A stretch of DNA of 63,354 bases, counting the filler, from Reclinomonas americana ATCC 50394 (Eukaryota): NCBI GenBank assembly GCA_048213135.1. It is 13 parts of 13 records of this genome, joined end to end, with 100 filler letters (N's around TTAATTAATTAA, not from the genome) between each part and the next. Parts side by side here need not be neighbours in the genome. Positions count along the whole stretch, not along the records: positions 1 to 4,429 come from AFZH01023945.1; positions 4,530 to 5,828 come from AFZH01023946.1; positions 5,929 to 9,602 come from AFZH01023947.1; positions 9,703 to 11,054 come from AFZH01023948.1; positions 11,155 to 27,232 come from AFZH01023949.1; 8 more parts are not named here. One strand, 5' to 3'. A program made the translations under genes and the position numbers. Positions 1 through 14,300 of the stretch are shown here, piece by piece. The notes under the pieces were generated by a model. It saw only the letters and a list, made by a program, of their open reading frames with translations. It ran no database searches and was not told the DNA's origin. The stretch's first letter is position 1. The number at the start of each line of letters is the position of its first letter.

Positions 1-50
1 CTCACTCCTTCTCTCTCTCTATGTGTGTGTGTGTGCGTGTGCGTGCGTAG

Positions 51-1614
51 CTCACGTTGACCGCCTGGGTTCCGGTTCTGAATCGCTTTGATGACATTTT
101 GGGAGTGGCGGCGAGCGAGGTCGATCGACTCAGCCTCGACCCGTCGCTCTCGTCGGCGTCCTCTGCCTCCGAGTCGTCGGCTGTGCCGGCACCCATTTCC
201 GCGACGGCGCCGAGCGAGCGGCTTTTGTGCGCGGTCCTGTCGTTCACGGAGCGCATGATTCACTTGGGCAGTCAAGTGCGCACGTACTCGTCCAGTGAGC
301 ATGTGTTGCGGCTGACGCAGCATCCGTCGCCGCGTGTGACACTGCTGGCATTGCGCACGCTCCTGGTGCGGTTGAAGCGGCGGAAGCATCTGGCCAAGAT
401 GCCCGACGGATTCCACGAGGGTCTGCTGACGGCGTTCACCACGGGATGGGGCACGGAAGAAATGCCGCCGTCCATGTATGACTGTCTCACAGCATCGTCG
501 CCGTCGCCTGCGACTGCTGCTGCTGCTTCTGCGGGCTCATCGTCGTTGTCGAACGCCGGTGGATTCCGGTTCGAGTTCACGTTGCCCGACGAGGCCGACA
601 CGCTGCATGAGTTTGTGGTGGCCGACGTTGGCGAGGAGATGCGCCGTCGTTCATGTGAACATCTGCACGAGTTGTTCCACGCGCTAGTGCGCGAACACCG
701 AGTGCCACGCGATCTGTGGCAAGTCTTGTGGTGCGACGTGCGTCGTGCATACTCGTTCCAGCAAGTTCCGACCGATCGCCCAGTGTGGGCCGAAGTGCGA
801 CTTGTCGCGCTCTTGCTTCGTTGCGTGCCACCCTCTCCCTCTCCCCTGTCTCATGTGCACGACATGGGCTGATGCGTTTGGTTTTTCTTCTTCCAGAACT
901 GACCATGCACGGAGCCTATGAGTTCCCGAGCGTGACGCAAGCCGAGGTGCAGGAGCTGTTGCGAGCGGCCAAGGACGAGGAAAATGTGTCGGCGACGGCA
1001 CGCACACTCGCTCTCGGTTGCCTGTCGCAATTGCTCACGTCGGGCGCCCTGCAAGGCATGGGCAACGACGACCGCTTCATGATTGACTTGTTTGGCGCCA
1101 ACAACTATCACGGCATGCTGCCGACGTTGATTCGCTCGCTCATTGAGCGCATGAGAGGTGTGCCGCCGACATTGTTGCTTGTTGTTGTGTGTGTGTGGTG
1201 GTGATTGTTTCATCTCATGCCTGTGCTGCAGATGATCCCACATCTCCGCTGTACACGCCGTACTTTGTCGAGTTGTTCTCCGTCGTGCAAGCCATTATCA
1301 ATTTGACCGGTGTCGACATGAGTGCCAGTGGAATTGTGCCGGCGGCACTGTCGTTGGTCCGCGTTCAGCATCACTCCCTCTACCGCCTGACTTCGGCGTG
1401 TTTGGTGCTGCTGGAGACCATTCCCACCATGTCGCAACTCGGTGCGCAAACCGTGCGTTCCCTCGGCGGCCTCGAGGTTCTCTTTGATCGACTGGCCGCC
1501 GAGGTGGACTCGTGGCTGCGCGAGTGCAATGCCGCTGCCGGCTCGAGCCGCGTTCCAGGTGAGTTGCAAGCGGAACCCGCGTGTCCACATCGTCGCTCCT
1601 CACACTCCGCCACC

Positions 1615-1653
<39 letters not shown>

Positions 1654-4429
1654 GTGCCACCTCTGCGCGGAGGATTCATGGCCGACTTGTTCATGGCTAT
1701 TGCACCGCACGTGACACCCGAGGGCAGCTTGCGAGTGAGCGATTTTGCCGAGACCTCGTACCCGCGCTCGATTCGCCTGGTGCTGGCCAATGCCACTCTG
1801 TTTGGTGAACTGTACGGGCACGCGGCCATGGCGCTGGCCAATCTCATCAACATGGAGGGCAACGGGACCTACCTCACCTCGTTGATTGGTGAGGGCGAAG
1901 GCGAGTCGGCATTCTTGCGCGAGGTGCTCACGCCACTGCGCGAGTCGCCGGTGCCGTGGAAACCATTTGCCATTACATCACTTCCGTCGCTGTTGGAGGC
2001 GCTGTGTCTGTCGGAGCGTGTGTCGTCGCAGTTGGTCGACCTTGCGCCACTGCGCCGCTCGCTCGATGCGCTGATGGATCCCGCGTTTGCTCAAGATGTT
2101 GCGTCTTTCTCTCTTTCGTTCCTCTCTTGCCCTCTGAGCCAACGTGGAGATTCATTGCTTTCTGTTTGACACAGGTGATGGATGACCAGATTCCTGCCGC
2201 TGTTGGTGGCGGATTGGAGGAGCTGTTGCGCCATCACGCCGACATTATTCCCAGCTCAGCAGTGGCCTTGCAGGAGACTGTGGCGCGCATCATGGCGGAG
2301 CACAAGGAACGTGTCGAGTCTGGCCGCGTAGCACTGTACGGCATGTCACCGGAGGACGACGACAGTGACACGTTTGGCAAGCGCACACGCATGGTGTTCA
2401 AGGTGCTGGAGCGCATTTTCCGTGTTCCGCCGTTTGTGACGGCCTTCAAGGAGTTGCCGAATGCTGTAAACCAGCTCACCGAGCTTCTGTGCATGAGGTG
2501 AGAGTCGTCGACAGCATGCACTGTCTGACTTGACTTTGTCTTGCTGTCCTGCTGACTGACTCGTGCTTGCGCCTCCCAGTGAGATGCCTGATCGACAGTC
2601 CCAGTTTTTCCGCGCCATTGCCGGCATGCAGGATGTGGTCGACATGATTATGATGGCTTGTGCCGAACGAGGTGAGTGGTGTGGAGGAGAGAGAGACATA
2701 TTGCAGTGGATTGACTCTTGTTTTTCTCATGCACACAACCAGCCTTGACCCACATCAATGTGCTGTTGGACGAGCGGCATGTGGCTCTTCTCGAATCCGA
2801 CAGCCAACTCAACGGTCGGTGACCCTCTCGCATGTATACATTCTGATCACGCCGTCGTCGCACTCAACCAGTCCTGCTTGCGTGTTTTTTTTGTTCTCTT
2901 CGGCAGACGAGGTGATGGATGCGCTGGTATCGGTCACCCGTGTGTTGGGCATTTTGCAGAGTGGTGCCAAGCGCAGCAATATTCACGTGTCGCTGGCCGG
3001 TCTGGCGGAAGATCACACCGACAACCCGCTGCTGGTGACCATTCGTCGCGGCATGCAGCTGTTCCGGTACGGCATCTGATCCACTCCTCGCTGGGGAGTC
3101 ACTCACTCACCGTTGTCCTTCTCTTTTCCCCTTTATCGCCGTGCAGTCACGTCGGCAGCCACTGGTTGCGCCGCGAGCGCCTGATTCGCATCCGTCAGTT
3201 GCGCTTCGCCAAGGCCCATCCGGACGTCAAGCTGACTCTCACCGACGGACACTACCGCGTTGATCCGACGCTGGAGGGCGATGCTCGCGCCAAGGACAAG
3301 GCGCAGCTGGAGCTGGTGCGCAAGTTCCGCCAGTCCTGCAGTGCCACCGTGGCGTACTTTGCGCGCCTAGTGTGGACACCGCAGAACCGATCAGTTGCGA
3401 TGCCGTGCCTCTGTCTCCTTTTTTTTTGGGTATCCTTCCCTTCTCATCGCTTTTTTTGGTCACAGTACGGAGCCAATCGACAACCGCCTCCGGCCATGGC
3501 AGTGGCCTCGGCTATTGTGGATGGACTGCAGTCGTTGCTGGAGCCCATGTGTTGCGTCGCCCGAGCCATGCATGATTTACATTGCTGGGGGGGATCATGT
3601 GGCTGAGCTTCCGCATTGTTGTTGTTTGCCCGTGTAGCCACCGCGGATCGAGAGCACTTTTTCGAGTACAGTCTCTTTGCTGTCACGCAGCTGTTTGTGA
3701 CGCTGTTTGACGATGCGCGCAAGGCGACCCAGACGGCACTGGTGCATTCGTTTGTGCAAAAGGACGGAATGCCGGTGATTGGGCGTCTGTTGGGCGACTG
3801 TCTCTCGCTGGCGTTGGAGGATTCGTCGTCGGCCTCCACGACAACATCCACGTCGTCGTCCGCGCCACAGCTGTATCCCCTGTTTGACGACGCGCAGGCG
3901 TTGAAGCTGTGGTTTGATGAGCTGGTGGCCACCTTGTCGACCAATGCCCGTTGCGTCGGCGAATATTTTTTTGCTTGTCAGTCTTGGATGTGTGTCGCTC
4001 ACTCTACGCATTATGCAGCGTCCTGCTTCCCGCTGACGGTGGGCGAGTCGTGCACGGTGGCAACGGTGGGTTCGCTGTTTGAGTTTTTGCGGCGGCTGGC
4101 CACCGAATCGACGTTTGCTCGTGATCCGGCGCTGGGCATGATTTTCCGCAACCGCGAGCCTGTCGGCCGCGAGTTCCTTGCCAGACTACCCGCCGATGTG
4201 GCCACGAACATTGTGACATGCTGGAAGCAGCCGCGGCTGGCTTCGCTTCCGGCCGCCGCTCTCGTTCCACTGGTTGGCGCGGTCGGGTGCGTTGCGCAGT
4301 CGAGCGCCGCTCAGCCGTCTGGTTCGTCGTCCGCCGCTGGCTCGTCAGCGGCTACAGCATCGCGAGCAGCCGGGCGACCTCGTGCTGACAGCCGTGAGGG
4401 GCCAGGGTTGGCGGCGCGGTGGCGTGAAG
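51..4429 (+). CDS. HUWE1/UPL1/Tom1-type E3 ubiquitin ligase, N-terminal armadillo-like region (multi-exon, partial)
   Basis: The exon after acceptor gcgtag(50) encodes 'WVPVLNRFDDIL', typical of the DUF908 N-terminus of HUWE1/Tom1. Many GT-AG introns follow, and the next two contigs carry UBM and HECT regions in order. Confidence 0.65.
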
Positions 4430-4529
4430 NNNNNNNNNNNNNNNNNNNNNNNNNNNNNNNNNNNNNNNNNNNNTTAATTAATTAANNNNNNNNNNNNNNN
4501 NNNNNNNNNNNNNNNNNNNNNNNNNNNNN
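4430..4529. other. Artificial contig spacer N44-TTAATTAATTAA-N44; identical spacers at 5829-5928, 9603-9702, 11055-11154, 27233-27332, 28469-28568, 41869-41968, 44510-44609, 48908-49007, 53648-53747, 55463-55562, 58893-58992
   Basis: Exactly 100 nt each; the central 12-mer gives stop codons in all six frames. Confidence 0.98.
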
Positions 4530-5828
4530 CCGGCTGTGCTTTCCGGCCTGAGCCGTCGTGCACAGGAGGAAATGTCGGGATCGTTGACGCTGGCATTGGA
4601 GGCGGAACGAGAGGAGCGGATTGCGCACGAGGCTGAGCAGCAGCGTCGCCAACAGGCTGAAGCAGAGGCACGCGCCGCCGCTGAGGCCGAAGCGGCTGCT
4701 GCAGCGGCAGCTGCTGCTGCGGTGGCGGCCGCTGCTGCTGCTCCTCCGGCAGAGGAAGCACCTGCCGCCGAGGTTCCCGCAGCGGAAGGCGCACCTGTTC
4801 CTGTTGCTGCTGCTGCTGCTGGAGAGGTTCCCGCGGCGGAAGGCGCGCCTGCTCCTGCTGCTGCTGCTGCTGCTGCTCCTGTCGAGGCAGCTCCGGCTGC
4901 GGAGGGAGCGCCAGCTGGTGGTGCCGAGGGTGAACCGGAGGCAGAGCCGGCTGTTGCTGCGGCCGCTGCTGCCGCTGCTGCGGCGGCTGCGGTTCCCGAC
5001 ATTGATCCGGCGGTACTTGCGGAGCTGCCGGACGAGTTCCGTGTGCAGGTCTTGGCCGAGGCGGAGGCGGCTGCGGCTGCGGCAGCAGCAGCTGGTGGAG
5101 TGGGTGGTGGTGCTGCTGCGGCTGCCGCAGACGAGGGTCTGCTGGACGGCCTGGACCCTGAGTTCCTTGCCGAGCTGCCGCCGGAGATTCGCGAGGAACT
5201 GCTGGCCGACGCTCGTCGCCAGCAGCAGGCGGCGGCAGCAGCGGCTCGTGGTAACGCCGCAGCGGCAGCCGACGAAGAAAATCCAGCGCTGGTCATTGCC
5301 AATCTGCCGCCCGAGTTGCGCGAGGAGGTGCTGCTGACGTGCGATGACGAAACACTGGCATCGCTCCCGCCGGGTCTGCGTGCGGAGGCCGAAGCTATTC
5401 GAGCGCGCAATGCCGAGCGATTTGCTTTCGGCCACCCCGGTCACGGCATGGGTGGACGACGCGTGGTGGCGCAGTTTGGTGACGGTGTGCTCGAGGAGGT
5501 GCCTATCCACGGTGTGTACGGTGCTGGCGGCTGGAGAATGGGAGTGGGTTCGGTGAGTGGTGCAGAGACGCGCATTTGTGCGACAGATGATGACTGACGA
5601 TGATGAGGGTTCACAGTATGCAGCGGCGCCGGCAAAGAAGGCTCGCTCAATGGCACTTGGCGTCGACGAGGATCACCCAGTGTGCTCGGAGATCACCTCC
5701 CGCCACATGTCGCTTCTCTGCAAGTTCATGTACTTTACCAGTGCAAGCCGAGGTTTGTCGCTCGCTCAGTCTGTTTGGTGCAGTGCAATCGTGTGTTTGC
5801 TCATGTGCTCTGGCAACATCGCAGGTGA
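4530..5828 (+). CDS. HUWE1/UPL1-type ligase, central region with three ubiquitin-binding (UBM) motifs (partial)
   Basis: IDPAVLAELPDEFRVQVL, LDPEFLAELPPEIREELL and IANLPPELREEVLL...LASLPPGLRAEA, preceded by an Ala/Glu/Pro-rich linker. Confidence 0.85.
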
Positions 5829-5928
5829 NNNNNNNNNNNNNNNNNNNNNNNNNNNNNNNNNNNNNNNNNNNNTTAATTAATTAANNNNNNNNNNNNNNNN
5901 NNNNNNNNNNNNNNNNNNNNNNNNNNNN

Positions 5929-7150
5929 TGCGCCGGCGGCGGATGCGGGCGCATCGGGGTCGGGTGCTGCTGCCGAGGAGGGCGATGCATCGGGTGACGA
6001 CGATCAGATTGTGCAGGCTGAGTTGTCGGAGGCGGAGCGACAGTCGGTGATTGCCGAGGCCATCCATCGTTATGTGGATCCGACACAAGCATCTGTCAAG
6101 CTGCACGGTTCGTCTCGTGCGGTGTGGACTTTGCACCACAGCAACAGCAGTGTTTTTCACCCGTTATGTGTGTGTTCGTCTGCTCGCAGGTGTTGTGCAG
6201 CTGCTGACGCGCGACGAGAGCGCCGAGGGACCGACCGTCAATGCCGCCTTCTCTCTCCTGTACATTCTGGCACAGTCCGATGATCTGCGCGAGATTGTGT
6301 TGGAGGAGCTGCGGTACTTGACGCTGGAGCAGGGTGCGCGTGTGGAGGCCGAGTTGCGTGAACTCGGCGCACGCATCATGGAGGAGACGCGAGAGCGTGA
6401 GGCCTCGAAGATGATGATGGATGTGGATGGCGCGGCCGCGGCTGCATCAGTAGCAGCGGCAGCCGGAGGCAGCCGTGCCGCCGTGGCAGTGGTGAGCGTG
6501 CCATTGATGCCGATTTGCCGAGATCCTCTTTGTGTGTGTGTATGCTCACTGTTTGCATGCGTAGATGCCGAACCGTCGTGCTGCGGAGTCTGTGCGGTTG
6601 CGGAACATTCTGGAGGCTGAGTTCGCTGCGGAGGGTTCGGATCGTGAGTACCTCATGGGTATGGTACGGGACCAACTCGCACCGCCGGACTTTATTCGTC
6701 GCGAATTGTCGGAGGATGGGGTACGCTCTCGTATACTGCGTGTCTTTTGCGAGTATTTTGATTTCTGTACTTATGCGCACATTGCAGCCAATGGAGGACA
6801 TTGCCATGGACGTTGAGGAGAATCGTTTCGGTGAGTAGATTTCGTGCATCATCACGAGTCAATGGCAGCTCGCAAAACTCACACTCGCCTGCCGCACAGG
6901 TGTTGTGGCTGGGCGACGACCACACAGTGCCGCAGCGGGGTCGGCCGGATCGGCTGCAAAGCAAGTCAAGACGGCGTCGTCAACACTCAAGGTTTTTGTC
7001 TCTTTTTTTGTTGTTGGTATGGCAGCTCGCCGGCTCACGTGAGTGTGTGTGTTGGATGCATGTAGTTCTTGCGTGTCCTGCGCAGTGTGGTGTACCTGCT
7101 GTGCGGCGAAGAGCAGCCGTGGCGCCAGTCGACGTTGCGTCTTCTGCGTC

Positions 7151-7181
<31 letters not shown>

Positions 7182-9468
7182 TTCCACGTTTGTTGTGTCT
7201 CATGCGCTCGCGCATCAGGGATTCGGTCAAGGAGGACGACCTGAACAAGGTGATGCCGTCGGCAGTCGCACCGCCCACTCCATTCCTCGCGGGTGGTGAC
7301 GCGGCGAATCCGTTTGTGGAGAAGACGCCGTCGGTGTCGGCACGGCAGCGTTGCGTCTCTGCGCTTGATATGTGTGTGTGCGTGTGCGCGCGCTTGCAAA
7401 GCTGCTGACGTGTGAATGTGTCCGTCAGAGCGTGACATGCGCATCGCCGAGGGCTTGGAGCGAATCCAAGTTGACTTTGTGTGGGACGCGCTGGAGAGGT
7501 GTTTGACGCTGTTGGATCCGCAGACGGAGGACGCCACGTGGAATGCGATGAGCACGATCGTGCCGGTAATTGAGGCATTCGTGGTGTACCACGCTGTCGG
7601 CGACTTCACGCTCGGTGCGCGCACACCCATGCCGGTGGTGCAGTCGCAGCAGTCTGCTGCCGCCATGTTTGGCTTCCCAGCGGCTTCGCCGCTGGTTCGA
7701 TCACAGTCGCTGGGCCTCGGCTCGGGTGACCGTGTGGTGTCGAGTCTGGTGGTCTTCTTGGAGCGCCATCAGAAGACTGTGAACGCCATGATCAAGCGCA
7801 ACCCGGCGCTGCTCAGCACGTCGCTGTCGTGCCTGCTCAAGATGCCGCGGTATCTCAGCTTCGACAACAAGCAAGCCTACTTCCGTGACGGCATTCACAA
7901 GCTGGTGGGAGTTCCTTTCTCTCTTTTTTTGTCTCACGTCATCGTCTCACTTGGTTTGCGTGCCCACAGCAACGGAGCGGCTACGGTGGCGTGCAAATCA
8001 TGGTGCGACGCGCGCACATTTTCGAGGACTCGTTCATGCAGTTGAGGCGGCGCTCGAAGGAGGAGTTGCGCGGTGGCATCCATGTGCAATTTGAGGGCGA
8101 GCCCGGCATCGACGCTGGTGGTACGTGTGCACCCTCTGCCAGGGATTAAAAAAGGGGAAAGAACTTGACGCCTCGTTTGATGTCACAGGTCTCACTCGCG
8201 AGTGGTTCGAGTGCCTGGCGCGCGAAATGTTCAACCCGATGTACGCACTGTTCATTATGTCACAAGGCGACAACACGTACCAGCCGAATCCAATGTCGCG
8301 CGTCAACATTGAGCATTTGGATTACTTCAAGTTCATCGGTCGCACAATTGGCATGGCCCTGGTGTGTTACCGCCCTTGCGTCACGTGTGACAGGCGTCGA
8401 CTCACATGACTTCCTCGCAGCTGTCCGGCCACCACATGGACGCCCACTTTACTCGATCACTGTACAAGGTTTGTGTGCACGCATCATCGACCCGTGCTGA
8501 GGTGCGGTGGTGCTGATGTTTTTTGGCGTCGCGTGCAGCACTTGTTGGGCATTCCGATCACCTTCCACGACCTCGAGTCCATTGATCCGGACCTGTACAA
8601 GAGCATCAAGTGGATTCTGCAAAACGACTCATCCACTCTCGGCCTCACCTTCCAGCTGCAGCACGAGGAGTTTGGCGAGACGCACTTGGTCGACTTGAAG
8701 CCTGGCGGTGAGCACATTCCACTGACGGATGAAAACAAGGCCGAGTACGTGCAGCTCTTCTGCGAAGTCAAGATGACCACTGTTGCGTGGTCGCATTCTT
8801 GGATCCCGCGTACGTGCCGCTCATCCCTTGTCTGCTGCACAGGGCATCAAGTCGCAGCTGAAGAACCTGATGCAGGGTCTGTATGAGGTTGTCCCTCGGC
8901 AGTACCTGTCCATCTTCACCGAGCAAGAGTTGGAGCTGCTCATTAGCGGTGTGCCCGAGATTGATGTCGATGACTGGCAGTTGCGTAGACTTGGCTCTCT
9001 CTCTCTCTCTCTCACTCCACCACTCCGACTCACAACTCTGCTTGCAGGAGGAATTCCATCTACACGGGTTACACGGCAGGCTCGCCGCAAGTGGAGTGGT
9101 TCTGGCGTGCCGTGCGCGAGTTCTCACAAGAGGAGCGCGCGCTGCTGCTGCAGTTCATCACTGGCACCTCCAAGGTCCCGCTGCAAGGATTCTCGCACCT
9201 GCAGGGCATGCACGGCAACATTCAGCCGTTCGGCATTACTCGCGTGGGCGGCAGCCAGGAGCGCCTGCCCTCGGCCCACACGTGGTACGTTCGAGTCTTC
9301 TCTGCCTCTTGTTTCCTCGCTGTTGTTCGTTCCAGCTGACGTGTGATGTGCGTGTGCGGCTGCAGCTTCAATCAGCTCGACTTGCCCGAGTACGACTCGT
9401 ATGAGCAGCTGAAGGAGCGAATCATTGTGGCGTGCAAGTTTGGCAGCGAAGGCTTTGGCTTTGCATAG
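5929..9468 (+). CDS. HUWE1/UPL1-type ligase, C-terminal HECT domain (multi-exon)
   Basis: Spliced motifs [53 protein letters not shown] and [16 protein letters not shown]. The catalytic Cys codon is split by the intron starting at 9285. Ends [12 protein letters not shown] at 9468. Confidence 0.93.
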
Positions 9469-9702
9469 TCGGCGCAACAGATGGAGAGCGGTTGTGTGTA
9501 TGAAGAGAAAAAATCCTGTTTGGCAAGCAACATCCAATTTTTTGCAGTTGTGTTTCATGTACAGCAGACAACAAGAACGAAGAGAGAGACAAGACGAGAG
9601 GCNNNNNNNNNNNNNNNNNNNNNNNNNNNNNNNNNNNNNNNNNNNNTTAATTAATTAANNNNNNNNNNNNNNNNNNNNNNNNNNNNNNNNNNNNNNNNNN
9701 NN

Positions 9703-11054
<1,352 letters not shown>

Positions 11055-11367
11055 NNNNNNNNNNNNNNNNNNNNNNNNNNNNNNNNNNNNNNNNNNNNTT
11101 AATTAATTAANNNNNNNNNNNNNNNNNNNNNNNNNNNNNNNNNNNNNNNNNNNNGCGCCAATTGCTGTCGTTGGCATACCTCCAGCAATTGGACATTCGA
11201 TGTCACCATTAGGAGGTTTGCGCCATCCGACTGCGCGTCCCGCTCGCCTCGCCGGAAGCGAACTGAAGCTCCCAGCGCTTCGGGGCCGGAGCCCCGCGCC
11301 AGCTTGTATGGCGAGCAAGTCATCCCGCGAAGGCGTGATTGTGAACTGAGGAGTCAGGCGGCGTCAC

Positions 11368-14300
11368 CTAGCGGGCCGACAGGCGACGTCTCAGTTCGAG
11401 TTGACGCGGATCCAGCGCCGTCTCGGCCTGGTCCGCCAGACGGGCAAGGGCCAGTTCGGCGCCATAGGGCCAATCGCGCGCTGCCTCTCCCAGCACGGTA
11501 TAGAGCAGGGTCAGCACCTCGACGGGGTGCAGTGCTGGCAAGTCGGTGTCGCCGTGGGTGAGGCCCAGCAGGGTCGAGCCCTCGCCCGTGAGCTGCCCCA
11601 GGTGCGGTGTGACGGCCGCCACCATGCGCGGAAAGTCGTCTTTGGCCGAGATCGCCAAATCCATGAGCCGCTCGGTGGTCCGCGACGTCCGGACCCCCAT
11701 CTGGCGGGGCCAGGTTGTCTCCAGAAGCTCAATCGCCTGGTTACGCCAATCAAGACTGCCGCTGGTCCGCCAGCGCCCGAGGGGCCACAGGACCTGGGAA
11801 CGGAACCGATCGCCCCCCGACAGCAAAGCGTGACGCATCTGCTCGTCGGTGATGTAGCGGCCGCCCTCGGCACGCCGGCTTCCCCACCCGGAGAGAAGAA
11901 CCGCCGCCAAGTTCGACGCGTAGTCGTCCTTGAGGTCTTTGGAGCCGACCAAGGCCAGCATCGCCGGAGCCAACTCCGTGAACAGTTCAGGACTCCTGAG
12001 CTGCCCGCTCGACAGCACTCCAGTCCAGAAGGCCGCGCGATCATCGTCGTCCTGGCTTTGCTGCAAGGACAGCAAGCGCCGGCGGGTCCAGGCGCTGTCG
12101 TGGTAGTAGAAGAAGCCCAGACCCGAGCGCAGCAGCGCGACGGCCGCATAGCGCGCCGCATCGCCCGGAACCGTGAAGAGCTGATCCAGGGTCGCCAGCC
12201 AATCGGGGGTGAACCCGGGACCTGGATCGCGTTCACGATCGGTCCGGTCCATCATCGCTTCCACCAAGGCGCCGCTGGGGGCGTTGACCGCATAAAGCAG
12301 CCAGTCGCGATCCTGGCCGAGAATGGCCGATCGGCCTGTCTCGGGATGTTCGGTCATGGCTTGAAGCATGGCCGGCCACAGCGCCGACAGACCAGGTCCG
12401 AACGGCCCGCCCCCCTTGGCGGCTTGGGCAAACCACCGCGAGACGGTGAGCAGGATAGACCCAAGGCTGGCCGACGGCAGCTGGGCCAGCCTCCGGGCGA
12501 TCTGCGCGGACAAGCGAGACCCGTCATCTTTTCGCGCCTCGCGTTCGAGGAACGTTTCCCAGTCGTGGGCCGGAAACTCTCCGGCTCGCCCTGCCAGAAC
12601 CAAAGCCCGCAAGAACTTGACCGGCTTGTCCTTGGCCAGCCCCTCAAGCGGGCGACGCACGATAAAGGCGGCAAAATCCCGCTGGCCGGCGATATTTCTG
12701 GCTGCCTGCAGGACCTCGCGCGGCGCCAGCCCCTTGATGTCGCTGGCGTCTGCATCGGTTTGCACCCAGCCGCTGGAGCTTTCCATGGAGGCGGCCGCGC
12801 CTCCGGCGCCCTCATCTCGCCAATCGGGCGCGATCGTCATCAGGCGCGCCTTCTCGGCGGGCCAATCGATCGTCAGAACACAGCCCTCGTTGACCAGCCA
12901 CTGCAGGCGTTGGATGCTCCACCAAGCACGCCCTGTCTTGGCCGATTCCGCATCCTCATTCTTCCAAGGCTCGCGGCCCGTCAGGATTCGCTGCTCCAGC
13001 GCGGCTTGATCCTGGGGTGAGAAGGCGTTCCAGCGCGCCTTGATCGACAACATCAGATCGCGCTGGTGGTAGTTGTCCCAGAAGGGCTTTTGGCCGATGG
13101 CCAGCAGGGTCGCTGCCGCCTCGGGGGGCGACTGCAAGTCGTCCTCGCCCGCCGCCCATAGCCTAAGACGGCTGGCCACCTCCCCCTCGTCCTGCCAAGC
13201 CGACAGTTCCGTCCGCGCCTGATCCAAGTCCAGCACGCGCAGGCGCTGGAAGAGGTCGACATAGTGGAAGAACGGGCGCGCCAGGCCGTCGCTCCGGGAG
13301 AAGTCGTCCTCATCCTGTCTTGGTTCGGACCTGATCGGGGGCAGACCGGTGTAGGATCGCTCTCCAATCTCAGCGCTATAGATCAGCGCGAGGGTCAGGG
13401 CGCGGCGAAGCGCGGCCAGGACCTGGGGCAGGACCTCGTTGCTGGGCGTCACATCCGGCCGGGGCGCTGGATAGTCGAGCTTCATCCGCACGATCGATCG
13501 CGGTTGGTCAGCGTCGGCCGGGCTTGGCGGCCCGCCCCTTGGGCGCGACGCCTTGATCCTTGGCGTCAGCGCCTCGCCGTAGTCGCGGGCCATGGCGCTG
13601 GTCCAGCCGCCACGCTTGGCCGCGCGGCCAAGCTCCAGAAGGTTGACGTCATTGCCGCCCCAGCTTCGCACCAAGAGCCGCCAGGCCGCCTCAGTGGAGG
13701 TCGGCGCCCCCTCAGCGCGGCCCAGCCGATCCAAGACGGACGAGACGATGTCGGGATGTAGACCGCCCTGCCCGGCGGCCCACCAGGCGGCGATGGGCTG
13801 GTTGGCCACCGCGGCGATCCACTCGCCAAGCGCCGAAAGCCTTCGCACCAGTCGCGGCGAGCGCCCCGAGTGGCGCCCGCGCAGGGCTCCGACTTCGTGA
13901 TCCCCGAGTTCGCTGCGATCATGGCGTGAAATCGCAAGACCATCCCAGGCGTCGGCGGGGATTTCATTGCGGTAGCGGCTCGACTCTATCGGCAGCGGCG
14001 GCGGGTCATCATCGAGCCCGTAGCGCTCGAAGGGCTTGAACTGCCAATCCTCATCGTCGCGCGCATAGCGAATGGTCGGATCAAGGACCGCCAACCATTC
14101 AGCCGGCGGCCCGGCCTTGGCGAAGTGAGCCGCGCCTTGAGGCGTCGAGACGATGTGAGCGACTTGGCCGCGCTCAAAGGCCGCCATCGCACCCGGCCCG
14201 TCCATGGCCTTGGCCAACACCCTCGCCTGCCAGGCGGCCGGGTCGCGGGCGCGATCGGCCCACCCTTCCAGCGTGGACCACAAAGCGGAGAAGTTGTCGG

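Noticed and set aside
4474..4485. Recurrent TTAATTAATTAA as a biological repeat or target-site duplication
   Set aside because: Always centred in N44/N44; it is an artificial all-frame stop linker.
11155..11367. Integrase, att site or IS end bounding the defence island
   Set aside because: No mobility gene or terminal repeat visible at either end of the contig.
11401..13020. 539-aa plus-strand ORF and other long antisense ORFs in the bacterial contig (e.g. 18296-19168, 20839-21825, 22052-22939)
   Set aside because: Shadow ORFs of GC-rich genes with clear motifs on the opposite strand.
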